DNA from: Candidatus Phycocordibacter aenigmaticus
GTDB lineage: Bacteria; Patescibacteriota; Minisyncoccia; Phycocordibacterales; Phycocordibacteraceae
Reading direction: 5' to 3'
Assembly: GCA_045401115.1 (NCBI GenBank)
Contig: CP174359.1
Coordinates: 483,247-547,246, forward strand
Length of the DNA: 64,000 nucleotides
The first letter of the stretch is position 1. Every line of letters begins with the position of its first letter. Below are positions 39,478 to 48,731 of the stretch, in pieces. Both the position numbers and the translations under genes were made by a program. The notes beneath the pieces are model-generated. The model worked only from the letters and a program-made list of their open reading frames with translations, was not told the origin of the DNA and ran no database searches.

Positions 39478-40649
39478 AATTAATAAAATATATCTATTTT
39501 CCTTTTAGAGATCTATTCTTACATATTTTCCCCGTATATCTACGAAAAGAAAAGTATTCGTATGGCTTTCTTATACATCCTCGTGACGAACAAGATATCG
39601 TAACAAAATATCCGCTTTTCAGTAAGGTTCCTAAATCTGTTATTAGATTTTTTGCTCGATGGTACTGGCCGATAGTAGTCACAAAAGTTACCGGTTTAAA
39701 GGAGACAGATACTAACGAGACGATAGATGGGTATATTATTTCAATTCCACTTATTACAACCCAGATATTGGAGAATCGCACCTTAGCGATAAAACGGATC
39801 CGACAGGCGATTGAATTAGCTAAAAAGATGGGGGTTAAAATAATCGGACTTGGCGCATTGACCGCATCAGTCACAAAAGGAGGGGAGGATCTTACAGATA
39901 TTCCTAACATTTTCATAACCACAGGACACGCATATACAGGTTTTAATGTCACCCGTAACCTTTTCAAATTAGAAGAGGAGTTGTGTATAGATTATAAAAA
40001 AGATGTCGTTGCGATAGTGGGCGCGGCGGGTTCGATTGGAGGCATATCAGCTGAATTAATTGCACGGCGTGGTTACCATAATATCTTACTGATTGATGTC
40101 GAACGTAAACGTGACCGAGTTGAGAAGGTATTAAAAGGGTTACAGGAGAAATATCCAAGAGCTACATTTGCTACGCACTATAATATCGCTGCTATACGTG
40201 ACGCTGATTTTATTATTGCCGCCACTAATGCGCCTGAGGCTCTTATAACCACAGAACTACTAAAACCAGGTGCTGTTGTTATTGATGACGCTCAGCCGTC
40301 GGACGTGGACTACGCAGTGCTTGAGTCAGATGATGTCATGGCTATTGAGGCCGGCGTAGTCCATACGCCGGGTATCTGCAGTAATTTTAACCTTGGACTA
40401 AAAAATAAATTTGATAATTTCTGTTGCATGGTTGAGGTTCTCATCCTTGCATCCCAGAAATGGGAATCACACTTTGTCATCAAGCGGACCACCCTTGAAT
40501 TCGTTGATAAGATAGCTGAGTGGGGTAAACCGCTTAACTTTGATGTTGCACAACTACAGAACCGAAAAGAGTTGATTTCTCATGAAAAGATGCAACGGAT
40601 CATTCAAATTAGAAAAAATAGGATAAAATCAGAAGAGAATGAATCATAA
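39474..40649 (+). CDS. COG5322-type dehydrogenase, related to long-chain acyl-ACP reductase
   Basis: GFLIHP, IIGLGALT, TTGHAYT, Rossmann VGAAGSIG, DDAQPSDV, FCCMVEVLIL. Confidence 0.75.
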   Translation: MKLIKYIYFPFRDLFLHIFPVYLRKEKYSYGFLIHPRDEQDIVTKYPLFSKVPKSVIRFFARWYWPIVVTKVTGLKETDTNETIDGYIISIPLITTQILENRTLAIKRIRQAIELAKKMGVKIIGLGALTASVTKGGEDLTDIPNIFITTGHAYTGFNVTRNLFKLEEELCIDYKKDVVAIVGAAGSIGGISAELIARRGYHNILLIDVERKRDRVEKVLKGLQEKYPRATFATHYNIAAIRDADFIIAATNAPEALITTELLKPGAVVIDDAQPSDVDYAVLESDDVMAIEAGVVHTPGICSNFNLGLKNKFDNFCCMVEVLILASQKWESHFVIKRTTLEFVDKIAEWGKPLNFDVAQLQNRKELISHEKMQRIIQIRKNRIKSEENES

Positions 40650-42271
40650 TGATTTTTGAATTAAATGTTATTAATGTACTGATCGCAGCTATTGCGGCTA
40701 TAAACACACTATATGGTTTGGTGGTATTTTCTCGTAATCGAAAAAACACCACTAATCAGTCATTTTTCTTTCTAACCCTAGCGGTGAGTTCTTGGGGTGT
40801 CGCGATGCTTTTTTTAAGAAGCATGCATAATCCTACTGAGGGTATTTGGGCAGCTCGTTGGTTATACGCAACAGCAGCGCTTATTCCTTTCGCTTCAGTA
40901 TATTTCGCTTCCATTTTTCCTGAAAAAAATACTCGACTCTCATCTTTTCAAAAATTTGTAATTCCCATTCCATTACTGTTTATTTTATTACTCACATTTT
41001 TACCGCAAAATGGATTGATATACGGCATTAGCCTCGCTGCTGAACATCCAGTTATATTGTTCAATATCATCCAGCACACAATATATGTTGCCTTTATTAT
41101 TAGCTATTTTGCATGGGTATACGTAATTTTATTCAGGAAATTTTTTGGTGCACATAGTACTGTAAAAGTGCAACTTGCTTATGTATTAGCTGGGACACTT
41201 ACTACCACTGGAATTGCTGTTTTTACAAACCTCCTCCTTCCATATTTCGGAATTTTTTCTCTTAATTGGTTTGGTCAGATCGGTATCTTGGCGATGATCA
41301 CCTTTATTCTTTACTCCATACTGAAACACCATCTATTCAGTATTAATGTCATTGCCACCGAGGTGTTTGTAGCCACGCTTCAACTGACCCTCTTTACTCA
41401 GATTTTTGTTGCCCAAGGACTACAAGAACGTCTTTTCGCTATTGGTGTATTTAGCGCCTCGACTATTGCCGGATTCCTTCTGATCCGTAATGTTATTCGT
41501 GAAGTGGAACAACGTCAGGAAATTGAACGTTTGGCAAAAGATCTTCAGAAAGCAAATACACGTCTGAAGGAACTTGATGCAATGAAATCACAATTCCTCT
41601 CTATTGCTTCACACGACCTGAGGGCACCACTGACTGCTATTCGTAACTTCATGTCACTTCTATTGGATGGCACCTATGGCGTTATTCCACCTGCGGCAAA
41701 AGAAGGGATGCAACAAGTATTTGACCGCGCCACTGAGATGGCTGACTCAGTATCAGATTATTTGAACGTCTCTCGTATTGAACAAGGTCGTATGAAATAT
41801 GATTTTGTTGAGAGTAATCTCTATGATGTGATTTCAGATAGTGTAGCAATCTTCCGGTCTAATTTTGAAAAGAAAGGTCTCACACTAAATATATCTCTTC
41901 CTGAAGATAAGACATTCCCTGTTAAGGCAGATGTTGGAAAATTACAAGAAGTATTCAATAACTTACTTGATAATGCGGCTAAATACACACCACAAGGAAC
42001 TGTCACTGTTTCCCTTGAGAAAATTGCGGACAACAAAGCACGGGTCACTCTTCAAGACACCGGAGTGGGAATGGATCAAAAAACCATACGGAGCCTTTTC
42101 AAACTCTTCAGTACTGGTGAAAATTCGCGTAAGATCAATACATCTTCAACCGGAATCGGATTGTATATCACCAAGAAGCACGTTGAGGCTCATGGTGGTC
42201 GCGTATGGGCTGAAAGTGACGGAGAAGGTAAGGGGAGTCGGTTTATTGTTGAGCTACCCCTCAAAGCCTAG
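40649..42271 (+). CDS. Sensor histidine kinase with multi-TM (HisKA_7TM-like) N-terminus
   Basis: SHDLRAPL H box, NNLLDNAAKY N box, DTGVG, GIGLY; hydrophobic N-terminal half. Confidence 0.92.
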   Translation: MIFELNVINVLIAAIAAINTLYGLVVFSRNRKNTTNQSFFFLTLAVSSWGVAMLFLRSMHNPTEGIWAARWLYATAALIPFASVYFASIFPEKNTRLSSFQKFVIPIPLLFILLLTFLPQNGLIYGISLAAEHPVILFNIIQHTIYVAFIISYFAWVYVILFRKFFGAHSTVKVQLAYVLAGTLTTTGIAVFTNLLLPYFGIFSLNWFGQIGILAMITFILYSILKHHLFSINVIATEVFVATLQLTLFTQIFVAQGLQERLFAIGVFSASTIAGFLLIRNVIREVEQRQEIERLAKDLQKANTRLKELDAMKSQFLSIASHDLRAPLTAIRNFMSLLLDGTYGVIPPAAKEGMQQVFDRATEMADSVSDYLNVSRIEQGRMKYDFVESNLYDVISDSVAIFRSNFEKKGLTLNISLPEDKTFPVKADVGKLQEVFNNLLDNAAKYTPQGTVTVSLEKIADNKARVTLQDTGVGMDQKTIRSLFKLFSTGENSRKINTSSTGIGLYITKKHVEAHGGRVWAESDGEGKGSRFIVELPLKA

Positions 42272-42363
42272 GTTTGGTAGTATAAGGGAATGAATCTCGT
42301 AAAAGAAGCACCCTTCTTTCGAGGAACGGCAAAGTGTATATCACAATAAACGCAAAAAAAACT

Positions 42364-43335
42364 ATGTCTATAAAAAATGCGCATACTTCGAACGGGATAA
42401 AAAAACGGCTACTTACTGGCCTACAACCATCGGGCAATCTCCATATTGGTAATTACTTTGGAGCACTGAAGCCTTTTGTCGATCTTTATGAAGAATATGA
42501 CAGTTTTCTCATGCTTGCCGATTACCATGCGTGCACCTCAAAGCATAATCCTACTGTTCTTCATGAAGATACATTAAATCTCGCGCGCACCTACCTCGCT
42601 GTTGGCGTAGACCCTAAAAAGGCAATTCTTTTTAGACAATCAGATGTACCACAGCACACTGAGCTTGCGTGGATATTTAATTGTCTTGTTTCTGTACCAT
42701 TTTTAATGCAAGCACATGCGTATAAAGACAAAGTAGCCAAAGGTCTTGAGGCAAATGCGGGGCTCTTTACATATCCTATGCTCATGGCGGCGGATATTCT
42801 TTTGTACGACACTGACGTGGTACCTGTGGGCAGTGACCAAAGACAGCATGTTGAATATGCACGTGAGGCGGCAACAAAGTTCCGTAATGCGTATTCAGAT
42901 ATTTTTAAAGAACCAGAAGAGCGTATCTTAGAAAATGTCGGAGTGGTGCCGGGAACCGATGGTGAGAAAATGAGTAAAAGCTATGGTAACACCATTCCTC
43001 TTTTTGGATCTAAAGATGAAATCACAAAAGCAGTGATGGGTATCGTGACCGACTCTACCGGGGACATCCCGGAGCATGTGTATGCAATTCATAAACTTTA
43101 TCGCTCGGAAGAGGATCTCATGGCGTTATATGAGGAGCATAAAGGAAAATATAAGGCGCTTAAGGAAGCACTTATTGAAGATATTGAGGCACATGTCGCG
43201 CCAATGAGAGAGAGGTATGAATCTATCTCTGATAACGAAATAAAACAGGTTCTTACTCAAGGCGCAGAAAAAGCAGGTGCTGTGGCCTTCGCTAAGATGA
43301 GTGAGGTGCGTAAAGAGATAGGTATCGCGTTGTGA
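42364..43335 (+). CDS. trpS: Tryptophan--tRNA ligase
   Basis: GLQPSGNLHIGN, YPMLMAADILLY, KMSKS. Confidence 0.97.
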   Translation: MSIKNAHTSNGIKKRLLTGLQPSGNLHIGNYFGALKPFVDLYEEYDSFLMLADYHACTSKHNPTVLHEDTLNLARTYLAVGVDPKKAILFRQSDVPQHTELAWIFNCLVSVPFLMQAHAYKDKVAKGLEANAGLFTYPMLMAADILLYDTDVVPVGSDQRQHVEYAREAATKFRNAYSDIFKEPEERILENVGVVPGTDGEKMSKSYGNTIPLFGSKDEITKAVMGIVTDSTGDIPEHVYAIHKLYRSEEDLMALYEEHKGKYKALKEALIEDIEAHVAPMRERYESISDNEIKQVLTQGAEKAGAVAFAKMSEVRKEIGIAL

Positions 43336-43366
43336 TTTTATAAAGACTAGGTACAATAGACACATT

Positions 43367-44773
43367 ATGGAACGAACACTCATACGTGATTTGCACGACC
43401 ACATTGATACAGAAGTTCTTGTTAATGGATGGGTCAGTGTGAGGCGCGACCACGGTAAACTCATTTTCTTGGATATCCGAGATCGTTCAGGAATCGTTCA
43501 GGCTGTGGCATTACCCAACAACGAGGGGGTAGTAGAAACAGCTGATACATTGCGTCCAGAATATGTAGTAGCGGTAACTGCAAAAGTGAATGCACGGCCA
43601 GAAAAAATGGTGAACGAAGATGAGCAAAATGGTGATATTGAGCTTGAACTACTTTCAATTACGACATTAAACGAATCTAAAACTCCTCCGTTCGAATTGA
43701 CTGAAGATACCTCTGATATCGAAGAAACACTCCGTCTTAAATATCGATATTTAGACCTGCGAACCGAGCGTATGCAGCGCAACATCAAGGTACGTAGTGA
43801 GTTCATTCAGCGATGTCGCGATTTCCTTTTCGAGCGTGATTTTACTGAAATTGAAACGCCGCTCCTTACTGAGTCGACCGCAGAAGGTTCTCGTGACTTT
43901 GTGGTTCCTTCACGAATTAACCCTGGTAAATTTTATGCACTGCCACAGTCACCACAGCAGTACAAAGAACTGTTGATGACAGCAGGGTTTGAACGTTATT
44001 TCCAAATTGCACGCGCCATCCGTGATGAAGACTTGCGAGCGGACCGTGGCTTTGAACATACTCAGCTTGATTTAGAAATATCTTTTATGAATCAAGAAGA
44101 CATCATGCAATTAATTGAGAATATGATGACCACTGTTGTTGAGGCTATGGGTCATACCATAAAAGAAAAACCATTCCCAGTTATTTCTTACCAAGATGCA
44201 ATGGAGAAGTATGGCGCTGATAAATTTGATTTGCGAACCGAGGAGGATAAGCAGAACAATGTATTGGCGTTTGCATGGGTAGTTGATTTTCCACTTTTTG
44301 AAAAGACTGATGAAGGAGCGTGGACCTTTAGCCATAACCCATTCTCATTACCAAAACCTGAATATCAAGAAGCACATCTCGCTGGTAAGGATACCGAGAA
44401 TATTATTTCTACACAGTACGATCTTGTGTGCAACGGGTTTGAAGTGGGCGGTGGTAGTTTACGTGCGTATGATCCGCAAACATTAACGGCAACGTATAAA
44501 ACAATGGGATACTCCGAAGAGGAAATTGAACGCATGGTGGGGCATATGCGTGAGGCGTATAGTTTTGGCACACCACCTCACGGAGGTCTTGCGCTTGGGA
44601 TTGAACGCAATATTATGAATTTGGTAGGAGAAGATGCGCTACGAGAAGTCCAGGCATTCCCTATGACGCGCGGTGGGCAAACATCAGTTATGAATGGCCC
44701 AAGTGAGTTATCAAAAGAGCAACTTAAAGAGCTTCGGTTATCAATTAATGAGAAAGAAAAGGATGGAGATTAA
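43367..44773 (+). CDS. aspS: Aspartate--tRNA ligase, short form without GAD insertion
   Basis: OB fold RRDHGKLIF, ALPQSPQ, RDEDLRADR, PPHGGLALGIER. Confidence 0.93.
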   Translation: MERTLIRDLHDHIDTEVLVNGWVSVRRDHGKLIFLDIRDRSGIVQAVALPNNEGVVETADTLRPEYVVAVTAKVNARPEKMVNEDEQNGDIELELLSITTLNESKTPPFELTEDTSDIEETLRLKYRYLDLRTERMQRNIKVRSEFIQRCRDFLFERDFTEIETPLLTESTAEGSRDFVVPSRINPGKFYALPQSPQQYKELLMTAGFERYFQIARAIRDEDLRADRGFEHTQLDLEISFMNQEDIMQLIENMMTTVVEAMGHTIKEKPFPVISYQDAMEKYGADKFDLRTEEDKQNNVLAFAWVVDFPLFEKTDEGAWTFSHNPFSLPKPEYQEAHLAGKDTENIISTQYDLVCNGFEVGGGSLRAYDPQTLTATYKTMGYSEEEIERMVGHMREAYSFGTPPHGGLALGIERNIMNLVGEDALREVQAFPMTRGGQTSVMNGPSELSKEQLKELRLSINEKEKDGD

Positions 44774-46148
44774 ATTTACACAACCGACAAAAAAGGCTGT
44801 CCACATATTGTTTGAAAAGGGTAGTGTCTCTACATATAAAGAACAGGTTGATGGTTCATACATACTTCGTATTGGTTGTGGCGAACAGGAATCAACAGAG
44901 AGAACACATCGCACCCTTCTGAGAAAAGCGATCCGTGTTGCTCGTGCTCATGAACTCGATACTCTCGTGTTTGATGTTGCGGAGTCTGATAACACTCAGG
45001 ACAATAATGATGATCTTGAACGAGGGCGTACTTTTGCTGAAAACACCCTGTTGGCAAATTATGAATTTACAAAATACAAAACAAAGAAAAAAGGTGCATA
45101 TACTGGCATCCATACTCTTTATGTTAAAAATGCTTCAGCAACATTCAAAAAAGGTGCTCAGAATGGGCAGATTGTAGCGCATGAAGTGAATTTCTGTCGT
45201 GACCTTGCTAATACACCAGGTGGCGATATGACCCCCACCTTACTCGCAGCAGCTGCAAAAAAAGCGGTACAAGGTACAAAAGCAACAGTACAGATACTTG
45301 AGAAAAAAGACATTGCAAAACTTAAAATGGGACTTGTTCTTGGTGTTGATCAAGGTGCAACAGAGCCAATGAAATTCATCGTTATGGAGTATTGGGGTGC
45401 CGGTAAAACTTCAAAACAAAAACCCGTTGTATTAGTAGGGAAGGGAATTACTTTTGACACCGGCGGTATCAACCTTAAGCCGTCTGAAGGAATACTAGGT
45501 ATGAACCACGATATGGCCGGTGGTGCATCAGTGATTGCAGCCACCGCAGCGGCGGCAAAGCTTGGTATAAAGAAAAACATTATTGCACTCGTACCTGCAG
45601 TTGAAAATGCAATTTCAAATACTGCAACACGCCCAGGAGACATTCATACCGCTATGAATGGTACGACGGTTGAAATTACGAATACTGATGCTGAAGGGCG
45701 ACTTGTCTTAGCAGATGCGCTTACATACGCCGAGCGATATAAACCAAGTCTTGTTGTTGATGTAGCAACTCTTACGGGTGCATCATTGGTAGCTTTGGGT
45801 GTACGTGCTTCAGCTATTATGACTAAAGATGAGGACTTAGAAACTACCTTAAGAGGGCTCGGAGAGCTTTCAGGAGATTACGTATGGCCGTTGCCGTTAT
45901 GGGCTGAATATACACCTGAACTCAAAAGTAATACCGCTGATATTGCGAATCTCGCAACTGGTGCGTTTTCCAGAAAAGCAGGTTGCATTCATGGTGGTGT
46001 ATTCCTTTCGCATTTTACGAAGAACTTTTCTCATTGGGTCCACATTGATATGGCACCTCGTATGGAAGCAGTACAAGGTGATAACCTCGCAACAGGCGCT
46101 ACTGGTGAGCCAACACGTTTATTGGTGAGACTTCTTGAGCAGAGCTAA
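44763..46148 (+). CDS. pepA: Leucyl aminopeptidase (M17)
   Basis: GKGITFDTGG, DMAGG, NTDAEGRL, ATLTG. Confidence 0.95.
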   Translation: MEIKFTQPTKKAVHILFEKGSVSTYKEQVDGSYILRIGCGEQESTERTHRTLLRKAIRVARAHELDTLVFDVAESDNTQDNNDDLERGRTFAENTLLANYEFTKYKTKKKGAYTGIHTLYVKNASATFKKGAQNGQIVAHEVNFCRDLANTPGGDMTPTLLAAAAKKAVQGTKATVQILEKKDIAKLKMGLVLGVDQGATEPMKFIVMEYWGAGKTSKQKPVVLVGKGITFDTGGINLKPSEGILGMNHDMAGGASVIAATAAAAKLGIKKNIIALVPAVENAISNTATRPGDIHTAMNGTTVEITNTDAEGRLVLADALTYAERYKPSLVVDVATLTGASLVALGVRASAIMTKDEDLETTLRGLGELSGDYVWPLPLWAEYTPELKSNTADIANLATGAFSRKAGCIHGGVFLSHFTKNFSHWVHIDMAPRMEAVQGDNLATGATGEPTRLLVRLLEQS

Positions 46149-46166
46149 TTCGTTTGTACCAACCCC

Positions 46167-46268
46167 TTAATTAGGGTCAGGGTAGAAACACTCACAAGGA
46201 TTAAGCTGGCAGGTGCAAAGGAATTCTCTTGTGGTCTTGTAGTATGATTCTTTTCCAAATAATGACAT
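46167..46268 (-). CDS. 33-aa Cys-rich micropeptide (MSLFGKESYYKTTREFLCTCQLNPCECFYPDPN), not in ORF track
   Basis: Hand translation; CxC-x4-CxC; A-rich leader like other genes in the window. Confidence 0.5.
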   Translation of the reverse strand: MSLFGKESYYKTTREFLCTCQLNPCECFYPDPN

Positions 46269-46290
46269 ATAGTTTTTTGTTATTGTTAAG

Positions 46291-46443
46291 CTCTCAAAAA
46301 AATAACCCCCTGTGAGGAGGGGGTGTGTGATCGTTTTCTTTTTTGAGAGAAATCCTTATGGACTCACGAGCACACATCCCCATTTAAAATGGTGGTCAGA
46401 ATAAATGTGACGAATGTGTGTGCTTGTGTGCCCATAAGGGTAT
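46291..46443 (-). ncRNA. Candidate structured RNA/leader: long stem with two inner hairpins, then terminator-like hairpin
   Basis: Imperfect inverted repeat 46354-46439; second hairpin 46291-46349; begins just after a minus-strand promoter. Confidence 0.5.
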
Positions 46444-46448
46444 TTCTG

Positions 46449-46477
46449 ATACTACCTATGAAATCGAAATCTGTCAG
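46449..46477 (-). promoter_or_regulatory. Putative sigma70 promoter (minus strand)
   Basis: CTGACA (46477-46472), 17 nt, TAGTAT (46454-46449). Confidence 0.6.
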
Positions 46478-46497
46478 TAGATGGTAAAATAACAGCT

Positions 46498-47223
46498 GTG
46501 GATAATACATTTAATGTAACAGTGGGGACATTTACTGGTCCGCTTGATGTGCTGCTTACGCTTATTGAGGAGCGTAAAATGCTTATTTCTGATGTTTCAT
46601 TAGCTGATGTTGCTGATGAGTTTGTGCATTTTGTGCAAGAACAAGAGTATTTTCCAGCAGGAGAGGCAGCTCATTTTATACTGGTTGCTGCAACGCTACT
46701 CCTGATAAAATCACGCTCGCTGTTGCCAATGATGAAACTTACGGAAGAAGAAGAGGAAGATGTTGAAGGTTTAGAAAAACGATTGAATCTTTACAAAATT
46801 TTCCGTGATGCGGGTAAAGAATTACATAAACAACATACTCGACTTTTCTTCGGTGGCCGACGTCGCGAAACAACCCCTCTCTTCGCTCCAGCGCCTGATA
46901 TGGACCCTGAAGCGCTCTACAATGCCCTTCATGAGACGCTCAAACGCGTTCCTCGTAAAGAGCAACGAGAACAGGTTGCAGTTAAAACAGTGGTTTCTTT
47001 AGGAGACATGATGAGCCGCCTCAACGACCGTATTGAGCGAGCACTCTCACTTTCTTTTACTGATTTTATGGGCTCCCCGGAGGATAAGCGAGAAATTGTG
47101 GTAGGGTTCTTAGCAATGCTTGAATTAGTTAAACGTGGCACTGTACTTGTCGAGCAAGAAAAACAATTTAGTGACATTACTATGAACTACCATGGTAATA
47201 CTGGTCCTCCACGATATAATTAA
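46498..47223 (+). CDS. scpA: Segregation/condensation protein A
   Basis: FTGPLDVLLTLI, ATLLLIKSRSLLP, FLAMLELVK. Confidence 0.95.
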   Translation: MDNTFNVTVGTFTGPLDVLLTLIEERKMLISDVSLADVADEFVHFVQEQEYFPAGEAAHFILVAATLLLIKSRSLLPMMKLTEEEEEDVEGLEKRLNLYKIFRDAGKELHKQHTRLFFGGRRRETTPLFAPAPDMDPEALYNALHETLKRVPRKEQREQVAVKTVVSLGDMMSRLNDRIERALSLSFTDFMGSPEDKREIVVGFLAMLELVKRGTVLVEQEKQFSDITMNYHGNTGPPRYN

Positions 47224-47230
47224 AATCATT

Positions 47231-47806
47231 ATGCAAGACACTCATCCATCACTCGCTCAGACACTCGAAGCAATACTGTTTTGGCGAGGAGAAACAGTTA
47301 CTCTTTCTGAACTAGCAAAGGGTACACAAACAACATCCAAGGAGATTGAAGAGGCACTCAATGAGCTTGAGCAAGCGCTCCAGGGTCGTGGAATAGCACT
47401 TGTGCGCCAAGGTGATGGAGTTGCGTTAGCAACTGCTCCGGACGTGTATGAAATTATTGCTGCATTACGGAAAGAAGAATTAGAAGGTCCATTAGGAAAA
47501 GCAGGTCTTGAGACTCTTGCGGTTGTAATTTATCATGGCCCGATCACGCGTGCTGATATTGAATATATCCGCGGTGTGAATTCAAGCTCAATACTTCGGA
47601 CACTCACTATGCGTGGGTTAATTGAAAAAGCAGAGAATCCGGAAAATAAACGTAGTGTTTTATATCAACCAACAACTGAACTTCCGGCAGCACTTGGTGT
47701 GCAAAAACTTTCCGAATTACCAAATTTTGACGCAGTACGCTTAGCTATTTCCGGAGTACTTGAAGAGAGTGTTGAGAAAGAATCAAATGAAAAATATGAT
47801 CAGTAG
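47231..47806 (+). CDS. scpB: SMC-Scp complex subunit ScpB
   Basis: LEAILF, LETLAVVIYHGPITRADIEYIRGVNS. Confidence 0.95.
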   Translation: MQDTHPSLAQTLEAILFWRGETVTLSELAKGTQTTSKEIEEALNELEQALQGRGIALVRQGDGVALATAPDVYEIIAALRKEELEGPLGKAGLETLAVVIYHGPITRADIEYIRGVNSSSILRTLTMRGLIEKAENPENKRSVLYQPTTELPAALGVQKLSELPNFDAVRLAISGVLEESVEKESNEKYDQ

Positions 47807-48731
47807 AGACACGCTTACAGCTTTAACTGTTGTGCTACTTATTTTTATTGGGGCACTATTTACTGTACAAACTACTGCAGTAACTGCGTATACTGCTGAG
47901 TTCCCGGCAACTGCCGCTGCGCAATGCACTTCTTTCGCTAGTGCGCCTGAAATTGAAGCACGAGCAGCATATGTTCTTGATATTAATACCAATACTGTTT
48001 TATATAAAAAAGAAGCGTCACAGCAGCTACCTCTTGCGTCACTTACAAAACTCATGACTGTGTTGGTAGCGTTAGAAACCCTTGATCCCACAAGTATTAT
48101 TGCAATTGATCCAAATGCCCTTGATATAGAAGGTGACTCAGGACTCCTCGCACATGAGCTCTGGCGAATACAAGATCTTATTGATTTTACGCTTATGACA
48201 TCATCGAACGATGGCGCGCATGCACTTGCACTTGCGGTTGAGAAGTCAAAAAAAGATCCTGGATCGTTTATTAAAACAATGAACCAAAAAACATCCAATC
48301 TTGGCTTATCACAGACATATTTTTTAAACGATACAGGACTGGATGTATCAACAAGTACCGGCGGATCCTATGGATCACCTCGTGATATTGCTACACTTCT
48401 CACATATATTTATAAAAATAAAACGGAACTTTTTTCCGGTTCTGTCACTCCAGCGAGTACGTTTGTATCAATTTCTGGTATTACTCACACCGCTTCGCAT
48501 ACAAGTAGTAGTGTAGGAACGCTTGGCGGAGAAGTGATTGCAAAAACAGGGTTCACTGACCTTGCTGGCGGTAATTTAGCTCTTGTTGCTGAACCTATTC
48601 TTGGAAGGCCGGTCGCAATTGTTGTTTTTCAATCAACACGAACCGGTAGAGACAGAGATATTACCCAATTGTACGAATACGCAAAAACAGTATTGAAACG
48701 CGATATACTGTGTAGGAAGTTCTCATCATGA
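47787..48731 (+). CDS. D-alanyl-D-alanine carboxypeptidase (peptidase S11)
   Basis: SLTK, SSN, KTG penicillin-binding motifs; N-terminal anchor. Confidence 0.9.
   Translation: MKNMISRDTLTALTVVLLIFIGALFTVQTTAVTAYTAEFPATAAAQCTSFASAPEIEARAAYVLDINTNTVLYKKEASQQLPLASLTKLMTVLVALETLDPTSIIAIDPNALDIEGDSGLLAHELWRIQDLIDFTLMTSSNDGAHALALAVEKSKKDPGSFIKTMNQKTSNLGLSQTYFLNDTGLDVSTSTGGSYGSPRDIATLLTYIYKNKTELFSGSVTPASTFVSISGITHTASHTSSSVGTLGGEVIAKTGFTDLAGGNLALVAEPILGRPVAIVVFQSTRTGRDRDITQLYEYAKTVLKRDILCRKFSS

Noticed and set aside
42272-42363. T-box leader before trpS
   Set aside because: Too short; no T-box consensus or terminator.
26020-44773. Short AlaRS, AspRS and L13 as pseudogenes
   Set aside because: Catalytic motifs intact and ends abut the next gene; consistent with streamlined forms.
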